Assembly (NCBI RefSeq): GCF_000372725.1
Contig: NW_005201092.1
Location: 356,395 to 407,517, forward strand
Reading direction: 5' to 3'
From: Emiliania huxleyi CCMP1516
Taxonomy: Eukaryota
Length of the DNA: 51,123 nt
The notes under the pieces were generated by a model. That model was not told the DNA's origin, ran no database searches, and saw only the letters and a list, made by a program, of their open reading frames with translations. A program made the translations under genes and the position numbers. This document shows positions 32,155 through 51,123 of this stretch, piece after piece. The stretch's first letter is position 1, and every line of letters starts with the position of its first letter.

Positions 32155-32809
32155 GGCAGGTAGCCGGAGGGATTCCCGACTCGGGTCAGACGCTGTTTTG
32201 CATCGAAAGATTTTGCATGGAAAGAATTTTACTGCAGGGAAGAACCCGCGAAGACAACCGTGTGCGTGTGTCACTCACTCACTCACACTCACACGCAGTC
32301 CGGATTCCCTCAGTCCAGTCATCACCAGCCGTTCACAACCTTGTTATTGAGAAGAAAATACCTTATGGCGCAGCGCGTTGGTCTATGAGCCCTGGGGATG
32401 GGGGGAGACTACCTTCACATAAACACTTGAGCACTGGATAGGGAGAGAGATAGGGAGAGAGAGAGTTGTTGTTTTGTTTGCTGGATAGGGTCGATTCCGC
32501 ATGGTACGGGACCCCTCGATCGTCTCGCCCTCCCTCACTGGTGTGTTCCTTTGGGGGGGTCATACCTGTGTTAGTGCCAGTGCGCGCCAGTCCCGTGCCC
32601 AGTGTTGTGCGAGGGAGTTTTGTTGTAAAATTCTTAGCTCCCTCGCACGTAAAAACTTTAGCTCCCCGGCCCTGGATACTGTTGAACGCACTCCAAGTGC
32701 TCCAAGTGCCCAGGTCCTCGAGCGAGATGTAAGAGCGGCCGCACACTGCTCGGTACCCCCCCTGCACATCTAAAGCCATCCCTGCTGCTAGGGGAGGGGG
32801 GGGGGTCTG

Positions 32810-32872
32810 CCCCCAGCAGCAGAGCTCTGCTGCTGGGGGGGGTCGGGGCCCCGACCCCCCCAGCAGCAGAGC
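32810..32872. repeat. Two overlapping GC-rich palindromes
   Basis: CCCCCAGCAGCAGAG|CTCTGCTGCTGGGGG and GCTCTGCTGCTG8TCGGGG|CCCCGAC7AGCAGCAGAGC. Confidence 0.85.
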
Positions 32873-33388
32873 GCACTGGACCCAGCTCCCGCCTCTTCGC
32901 CGCCGCCGCCCCCTCCCCCCTCGGCTCGGTGTTTGAGCGGTACGCTCGAGGGCGAGGGCCGAGGCGGTTGTGTTCCTCACCGCGCCGCCTGGCTGGCAGT
33001 AGGAGGGTACACCGTGAGACCACTGTTTTGGGGCGCCCGGGCTGAAGCGGCGCGAGTTCCTTACCCCCGCCCCTTTCTTCTTTAATAACAAAATTCTTTC
33101 ATGCCCGGACAGAGATGTGTTTTGTTTAAATTCTTTCATGCCAACTTTGCATCTTTATCCGGTGGGTCGCTCCCTTTTCTTCTTTCTTGAATTCGTAGAA
33201 TTCTTCTTTCTTAGATTTCCGTTATTCAAGGATTTTTTTTCTCTTCGCGCAGGCCTTGCAAGCGGCGGCTTGCGCCAGCTAGCCACAAGCGCCCGCTTTC
33301 CCCCGGTCTGGTAGCCTCTAGTTAGACCGACGCGCACGTGGACCTGCACGAGGCCATTTCGCCGGCGCAGCCTTCTCTGGGCTGCCGC

Positions 33389-43592
<10,204 letters not shown>

Positions 43593-44034
43593 CGCGCCGG
43601 GTCGCCGGCACATGGACACGGCAGCGAGGCTTTCGACTTCGCCTGTGCTGCCAGCAGCCAGGGCGTGCGGAAAGTAACCGCTGCAATGGAATTCCATTTT
43701 GACGCCAGTACGTACATGCTGTACAGTTCAGGTCTTGTGTGTTGTCTTTGCATGTGTGTGGGGGCACCCCGCCTGCGCGCCCTGGGGCCGCCCGTGTCGC
43801 AAATCCGTACAGAGTACAGTTGAGCATGAGCATGAATCGTGAATGAGAATGGTGTGCATGTGTTTTTGTGAGGTGTGGTATAAGCGCAGTTCCAGTTGGC
43901 GTATCGCTATCGGATGGGCACAGCTGCTTTCTGCCCCGCTGGCGTGAGGTACCACTCCAAATGCTCCAAGATCTGGCTCCAAAAGAACGAATCCGGATGA
44001 TCTAGGTGGAGCGTACTCCCGCGTCGAACCCCCG

Positions 44035-45868
44035 TCACGCCACAGCCGTGTGGCGCCCCCCTCTCCGCGCCGCTGTTGCAGCAGGCCCACGCTGCACCGC
44101 GGGCGATCTCGCCGCTCGCCCGGCGGCCGCGTCCCTGACACGGGCCAGCGACCGCCGCAGGTACTCGCGGAAGCGCTCGTTCCGTGTCGCGTCGCAGGTG
44201 AACGCGTCGCGCATCTGGCGCACGCCGCGCTGCAGGGCGGCCAGCCGGGAGGCGCGCGGCAGCAGCAGGCCTGCGTCGTGATCACACCGGCGTCAGAGTG
44301 CGGTGTCAGTTTGCAGTGTAGCTGGAGCATCTCGCGAAATGAAAGGAACGGGCTACGAATCCAGTGGATCCAGGGGATCTGTCCTCCAGAGCAGCACGCC
44401 TCCAGAGGAGCGGTTGTACTCGATCCGAGCGGAGAAGGACCTCCACGAGCCGAGCGGCGGCGGCACAAACTTGGAGCTGAGCAGCGGGACGCTGCCGGCG
44501 CGAAGCGCGTCGTAGACGCGCTTTGACTCGGGCGTGTCGCCCACCGGACAGAGCGCGAACCTAAGGCAGGAAAGGTACTGTAGACCACAAATGTCGCGAC
44601 TCCACGTCCAAAGATGCGAGCCCCACGGCATTCAAAAGTGCAAGGCCCAGTGCGCGTGGGTGCGAGCGAACCTGCACGGGCGTGGCATGGACTCCCGAGT
44701 GCGGTCATGGCGTGGACGCGTCTCGCCAAACGGGACAGAGCGCACTCTGCGCGCGAGTACAGCGCCTGCAGCTCGTTCTTGATGACTCAAGAATGATGAA
44801 TCATAATTAGAATTAAGGAGCGAGTGCAGCGCCTGCAGCTCCGCGTCGGAGATGGTCTGCCGGCCCTGCAGCGTGTGGAGCGAGGCGCCTAGCCAAGCCT
44901 CTGATATGTCAACCTCCTCCTCGGGCGGGGGCCCCCTCTTCTAACCCTCTCCAGTGCATGGCGCTTGACTGATTCATCTGTGTCTTCGCCTGCGGTGCGG
45001 CGCAACGCGCGGATCGCCCGTGCGCGCGGGTGCTCCTTCTTCTCGCCAAAGGCTCGCTCGAAGGTGGCCCCCACAAACAGGACCCTGAGAGGCCGATGTG
45101 AGGACGCCTGCGGTGTGAATGAAACGTGGGGGTTCGCACTGCTTGGTGTGCGGAAAGGGAGAGAAGAGTCTCGTGCGAGCACCGCTTCTTGCTGCTCCGG
45201 CTGGCAGTACCAGAGGTGGACGGCGCGGGAGTGGTCGACGGGCCCGAGCGCCTCGGCGCAAAAGTGGGCGAACCGCCGCGAGCCTTTCGGGTGAGGTGGC
45301 TCAAACCATTGAGATGCCGGGCCGCGCGACTCTCGCGGCTGGGCGTCAAGGGCTTCGAGGTCAGAGGCTGATGGTGGATAGGATGCGGATTTGACATCTG
45401 TGCACCCTCGCCCCACAGGAGAGGGAAGGTCTTGCGCATGTGCGACGTGAGGCCGTCCTGCCCGCTCTGCAGCGCGCAGCGCAGTCCGTTGAGCAGGTGC
45501 GGCCTGTGTTGATAGGTTGCAATCTCCGCGAGGACGCGGCGCTGCACAGCCGTCGCCTGCGCGGCGACGGCGCCGGAGCTCTTCCAGTTCGGAAGCCTCG
45601 TCTCGAAGTAGACGTTGATGAGGCACGCCGGGTGGTAGAAGACGGTGGCCCGCTGTGGGTCAGTCGTCACGAGCCCTGCTGCGCGGAGAGCGGCCGAGAG
45701 GAAGAGAAAGTAGTTGAGGCCGCCGGCCGAGGCACGGCCTGGGCTGCACGAGCCGGACGTGTCGTTGTAGATGAATAGCATCGCGGAATCGACGATGGCG
45801 TGCCGGCCGTGGGCCCGGACGAAGGTCCTGGCTCGAAAACGCGAGCAGAGGCTGCCGTGTGGGCGCAC
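44035..45868 (-). CDS. Exostosin/GT47-family glycosyltransferase, multi-exon
   Basis: LVTTDPQRATVFYHP, LRVLFVG, YLSCLRFALCPVGDTPESKRVYDALRAGSVPLL and terminal MRQMRDAFT motifs. Confidence 0.8.
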
Positions 45869-46249
45869 GGCGAGCCTCGCGGGAAGTCAGCGGCGTGCTA
45901 CCTAGGGATCCGACCCTGGTAGGTGGATTGTCCAAAATACGTCAGCCTCGCACGCCTAGAGCTAGGTCTGACACCCGACCGCCCCCCCCCTCCCTAATAT
46001 TAACCGGCGAGAGCACATTTTGGCCGGCTAATGTTAGGGAGGGGAGGCCGAAAAACGCATACTTTTGTCCACGTACCAGGGTTAATCAGCTGGACCGAAT
46101 TTTACCAAGTAGGACGCCGTTGGACGTATCCAGTGTTCACCGTCTACGTGTAGCGACGGGCGCTGCGCGATAGCTGCTTTGTGGGTCCCGTGAGCCAAGT
46201 CAGCGTCGGGCTGCGCAGCCGGTCGCCATATGTTCGCTCGCCGTGGTCA

Positions 46250-46790
46250 CAAGCCATCGAGGAAGCCACCACACCAGGGCCACAATCGCGTTGCGGACCA
46301 GGTTTGTGACCCTGGCGGTGGCGAGCCTTTGGCGCACAGCGTGAGCATGCCAGCACGGCTCGCATCAGGGCTGCACCCGTCGCCGAGCACCTCGTGCACT
46401 CCACACGGATCGGGTGATGCCACGAGCCCGCTGCGCGGCTGCACCGAGTGGCTCTCTGTGGCAGTACCGTGCCGGCCAAAGCTTGTTGATTGCAACGAGC
46501 TTGGCCTTTCTGAAGGACGAGTTGGCCGGCAAGGGCGCGGGGGGTGACGCCACGGCGGCGCACGGCCGCACGCGATCGATGAAGTGCGCCGCGTCGAAAA
46601 GCTCGTCAAAAGCAAACGGCCGCCGCGTGTGCTGGCCTCGGAGCTTGAAGAAGCGCCACCCGGAGGTGAATTTCGGCAGCACAAAGACAGAGTCGCTGCG
46701 GCAGGCGTCGTCGAGCATCTGGGCGATGCACATCAGCGCGTTGTTGAGACCGGCGCCGAGCTCGTCGTCGACGGCGATGCTGAGGTAGCG
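46250..46790 (-). CDS. O-fucosyltransferase-like (GT-B) N-terminal region; may be a fragment or part of the GT47 gene
   Basis: YLSIAVDDELGAGLNNALMCI…VFVLPKF…FAFDELFDAAHFI resembles the GGLNN…LP…FxxLFDxxHF pattern of O-FucT proteins. Confidence 0.6.
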
Positions 46791-47095
46791 CATATATGCA
46801 CTGCACACACACACGCACACACATAAGAGGACCGGACGTCCATCCACTGGGATGAGAATACTGGAGATCTGAGGTCGAATATGCCGATTCCACAGCCGGC
46901 TCCACATGTGTACATTATGTGGACCCGCCACAAACGACCGCGTAAAACTGTCGAGCTCCGACGAGTGTTTTACCGTTCCGGCATCCGCCCGTCGCATCGC
47001 CGAGCCGGGCCACACACGTGCGTCCCCGAGGCGCCCGCGATACGCTCTCCTTTGTGTTTTCCCACCTTCCTTCTCGTCTGAAGGTAAAGGTACTA

Positions 47096-48682
47096 CACTG
47101 GTCAAACTATTAGCTTCATAATGAGGAAGGTGCTCATAGCGATTTCAAATAGTGCTACTATTAGCTCAGAGGGGCTAATAGTGCAATTATTAGGTGTGCT
47201 AATAGCCGATGTCCTAATAATGGACCCTCATAATGCGCACTTAGCGATTTCGCGATTCATGCCGCATGCTTCACGGCGCGCCCCGGCCTAATAGCTGGGC
47301 CTCATAGCGACATGCCGGCCACGGAGCTCGTCGCGCCCATGCCGCCATCGGCGCCCGCTGACCATCTGGCGTGCAGCGAGAAACCCTCTGCGAGCTGGCG
47401 CCAGCGTGGTGGTTTGGCGGCGTGCGGCGCAGCGCTGGTCTTCTTGGCGTCCATCCACGGTGATCGCGGATCCGGCGAGAAGCCTTGCGCTGCCATCGGT
47501 CAAGGCGCAGCTGGACGAGACGATGCGAGAGGAAGGCCGGCGGCTTTTCGAAGCGCAGCACGACCTGCGGCGCCCGGCGCGCTGATGCCGACCACTGCAG
47601 GGTTTGTTGTCGACGAGGACTCACGCTGGTGTTTTTCTTGTTTGACTTGGCGATTTGAGAGTCGCGCACAGCACGCTGGCCAGTGTGCCCTCGCTCGCTC
47701 CCCGCTCGCCTCGGTGACCTGTCGCCCACCAGCGCGCGGCGACCGCGCGCACACCACCAGCGCGCGGCGACCGCGCACACCGCGCCCGCCGGCTCTCCGC
47801 CCTCCTCACCACCCGTCGGCGCTGTCCGCAGGCATGTGAGGCGGAACGGCGACCGCACAGCGCGCGCGGGTGTGGAGAACGTGATCAACCGCCGGGCTTC
47901 GGCCCCTCGCCGGCGCAGCGCCGGCGAGGTCCTGGGTCATCCCCGGGCGGCGGTCCGGGCGGCAGCAGATCTCTGCGCCGCCCGCATCCTGTTCGTGATC
48001 AGGGCGTGCGCAGTTTGAAATTGCAAGGTCCGAGCGCGCCCGCGCCCGCGCCCGCCGCGCCCCGCACGCAGCCACATCCTGCGTTCTGCGGCGGCAGCGG
48101 CCTTATCTCTCTCTCTCCCTGCTCTCCCAAGCCGTGCGCACCGTCGCCGCGCGCGCGCGCCGCCGCGAGCTGCCGGGCTGACGCTCGTCCCCGTGCCCCT
48201 GTTGCGCAGGCAACACCCGCGCTCGTGCGGACCGGACGACCAGCTTCCTGCTCGCGCCGCCCTCGCTGTGGCCCGGCGTCTCCGCCGGCGGCTGGTGCGT
48301 CAAGGTGATGAAGAGCACCACCAAGCCTGACGTCACCACGGTCAAGTTCAACGACTCCACGGTGACCTTCTCGTTCGCCGTGGTTGCCTCATGGAAGCCC
48401 GTCTCCTAGAGAGTCGGCGCCATCGCTCTTGCCGCGCCGCGCGTAGTGCGCGTCGCGCGGGTACCGCACTATTAGGGCACTATTAGGGCCACTATTAGGC
48501 TCTCATAGTGCCCTAATAGCGCCCTAATAGTCGCTATTAGCCCATCTCATAGTGGTGTTCTAATAGCTCCAGACGTTATGAAGCTCAGCTATTAGCCCCT
48601 CTGAGCTAATAGTAGCACTATTTGAAATCGCTATGAGCACCTTCCTCATTAAAGCCGTATGAAGCTAATAGTTTGACCAGTG
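47096..48682. mobile_element. Non-autonomous CACTA/CMC-like DNA transposon (CACTG…CAGTG) with ~85-bp TIRs
   Basis: CACTGGTCAAACTATTAGCTTCATA…GGGGCTAATAG (47096-47181) inverted at 48589-48682; TA on both flanks; many subterminal CTATTAG/CTAATAG motifs; no transposase seen. Confidence 0.9.
48210..48409 (+). CDS. Terminal exon inside the CACTG element encoding a putative Tudor/SH3-like barrel
   Basis: After acceptor GCGCAG: NTRARADRTTSFLLAPPSLWPGVSAGGWCVKVMKSTTKPDVTTVKFNDSTVTFSFAVVASWKPVS*; strong GC3 bias; absent from the ORF track. Confidence 0.55.
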
Positions 48683-49036
48683 TAAGCTTTATGAAAATAC
48701 GACGCGCTTGCTGAATTCTATCCGCTCTTGTAAAATTCTATCTCTAGCGCGAGCACGAGCCACGAGGTGCTTGAGCATCGATATTCTCTGCTTCGTCGAA
48801 AAATCAAAGAATGACGCGGCCAGACAGAATAGAGCAGCGGTATCGATTGACAGTCAGAACATGCCATGAGAAGAAGACAGAGTGCGACTACTGACGTACG
48901 AACGTACGAACGTACCGGGATGCGGAAAAAAAAATGTCGCAGGAGGGCGCTCCCTGTACACGGCGCGCTGCGCTGTCACACACTGCTATAACTGGTGCCA
49001 AGCGGCGAACGATCGCAGGGCGCGGGGCGCTGCCCC

Positions 49037-50250
49037 TCACTCATCCGCCCGGACCTTCTCGAGCTCCGCGTCGCGTGCCGCCACCGCCCCCTTGAGCTCC
49101 GCCACCTGGTCGAGCGCGTCGCCGAGCAGCCCCTTGGCCACGCCAAAGTCGCGCAGCTGCTCCACGCCGCCGCTCGCCCGCACCTCGGCGGCGTGGTCGG
49201 CCACGTAGCGGCGGCACTGCGCGAGGAGCCGCCCGTCGCCCATCGTGTGCGCCGCCTCGAGCAGCGGCACGGCGGTCGCCGGCGCGACGCTCTCCTGCAG
49301 CGCCTGCGCGCAGAGCAGCTCGAGGCGCGGCACCTGGTACATCTGCGCCAGCTCCCGCAGGTCGAGCGCGCGCTGCGCCCTGCCGCCCTCCTCCTCGCCG
49401 AGGTCGAACTTGTCGGAGAGGAGGTAGTCGATGAGGGCGGTGAAGCTGGCGAGGTCGGTGTGGGACACCGTGACCTCGGCGGCGTCGCGCTCCTTCATGC
49501 CGATGCCGAACATGGTCCGAAAGACCGGGGACCGGGCGCAGAGGACGCACTTGCTCACGTGCTCGATGCGCTCCTCGTCGTCGCCGACCAGAAAGGTGAC
49601 CATGCCCTGCGGGAGGATGGCGTCGCCCCGCGTCTTTGCGAGGTCAGCCAGGATGGTGGAGGGCGGAACGACGATCGGGGCAAAGGAGGGAGGCGGAGGA
49701 GGCGCCGCCACGCAGACCTGATGGAGGCCAACTCTCGAACTGACCAACAGCGTGCTGCCATCGGCGCTGATGGCGACTTCTTCTGGGCCGTCGAACTGCG
49801 CTGCGTCGCCCACGCCGTCAGCGCTGCCCTCTGTGCCGCTGCCCGCGATCGTCGTCACCTCTCCCGTCGCCACCTCCACCCGCCGGATCTTGTGGTTGCT
49901 GTAGTCCGCCACAAACAGCGCGCCGCCATCTGGGCTGATGGCGAAGCCAGCTGGGCAGCAGAACTGCGCCGCGTCGCCCACGCCGTCCGCGTCGCCACCC
50001 TCGACGCTGCCCGCGAGCGTGGTCACCTCTCCCGCGTCGCCACCTCCACCCGCCGCATCTTGTAGTTGTTGAAGTCCGTCACAAACAGCGCGCTGCCATC
50101 TGGGCTGATGGCGATGCCATGTGGGTCGCAGAACTGCGCCGCGTCGCCCACGCCGTCCGCGTCGCCACCCTCGCCGCTGCCCGCGATAGTCGTCACCGCG
50201 CCAGTCGCCACCTCCACCCGCCGGATCTTCTGGTTGCCTTGGTCTGCCGC
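49037..50250 (-). pseudogene. NHL-repeat + BTB/POZ protein, 5'-truncated with a frameshift
   Basis: NHL repeats (VTTIAGSG…ADGVGDAAQF..P.GIAISPDG..LFVAD..N.KIRR); BTB (VTFLVG…VLCARSPVFRTMF…LAQMYQVPRLELLC); 2-bp insertion near 50035 (CTCCCGCGTCGC vs CTCCCGTCGC in the sister repeat). Confidence 0.85.
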
Positions 50251-50278
50251 GATTGATGAGGACGCTCTGCTTTTGCGT

Positions 50279-50640
50279 ATGGCCGCCGTCCAACCACCTG
50301 CTTGCCTCGCGGATCTCAATGACGATCTGTTGAGGATGATCGTCAGTCGGCCGAGTCTGAACTAGCTTCCGCGGTCGCGCTCAAACGATGCAGCAGCCGC
50401 TTCAAGGACCTCGCCGCCCCGCTGGTGGCAAACGCTGTGTCGGTTACAAATGAGAAGTGGCGGGATGCAGCATCCAAAATCGGCGGCCGAGTCGGAGCTA
50501 AGATAACAGGCGCCCTCGAGCGCAATGAGGTGCGGACCTCCCCTTGGGTGTGCCGATGAGCAACAAGATCGGCTCCACCGGCGCCACCGCGATTGCCGAC
50601 GCCCTCAAGGGCACCGCGGTGCTCACCGACTATCTTGAAC
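50279..50640 (+). pseudogene. Degraded F-box-like + RI-type LRR gene fragment
   Basis: MAAVQPPACLADLNDDLLRMIVSR, then after a frameshift AVALKRCSSRFKDLA, and NKIGSTGATAIADALKGTAVLT (LRR). Confidence 0.55.
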
Positions 50641-51123
50641 CCCTCGGATGCTCGACGTCTCGAGGTCGAGCGGGAGTTAGTTGCCGGCGAAGTCGTAAGT
50701 GCGTAAAGTGTGCCCACAGGTGCGCAGTCCCGCACAGAGCGCAGTGGCCAGCGGCCAGCGCGTCGGCCGTCGCGCGTGTCGCGACGAGCACGAGGCGGTG
50801 GCTTTTCCTTTTGAATATTGCTTATTGGAGAATCACACTACGGTCCACATAGATTTACACGGCGCTGCGAGTCCTCGCCACAAAGTGCTAGCAGTGTCCG
50901 CAGCTGAGCATGCTGCGCTTGAGAGGTCCAGCGCGCCGCTTCGGGGCCGGCCCGCCCTCCCCTGCGCGGGGTACCTTTTCATGGCGAATACTCCTGCTAG
51001 GGGGATCTTTGCCCAATGGTGGGTGCTGGCCTTGGGCTCCATGGCATAGTGGTCGCTCCCTGCCATTTCTGTGGCGTGGGTCTCCCTCCGCGAGGAGGTC
51101 GCAGCGGTCATGGATATCTCCGG

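Overview
Very GC-rich, intron-containing eukaryotic DNA with six assembly gaps. GC-AG introns, 10-11 bp intronic tandem repeats and the gene families present point to a haptophyte, most likely Emiliania/Gephyrocapsa huxleyi (inference). Most ORF-track entries are GC-content artefacts. Supported genes: a possible papain-fold peptidase; a 5-exon mitochondrial-type small protein; three intronless F-box/RCC1 paralogues, two of them damaged; a multi-exon chromatin protein (winged HTH, PHD, CXXC, ELM2, AP2-like); a RING-H2 relic; an FSH1 hydrolase; an ankyrin + kinase + HEPN-like protein; a YqgF/RuvX-like nuclease; a Pro-rich membrane protein; a ~10 kb receptor-like gene ending in two TIR-like domains; GT47 and O-fucosyltransferase-like genes; and NHL-BTB and F-box-LRR relics. 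Mobile DNA: an RLE-type non-LTR retrotransposon 3' remnant with about eight related short motifs, a GGG-TIR element nested in one of them, a Copia RNase H/LTR remnant, a 26-bp tandem array, a TRIM-like direct-repeat element and a CACTG-terminated non-autonomous transposon. The best candidates for new biology are the RNase L-like ankyrin-kinase-HEPN protein and the TIR receptor, which sit in a region of decaying ubiquitin-adaptor genes. All family assignments come from motif recognition by eye, not database searches.
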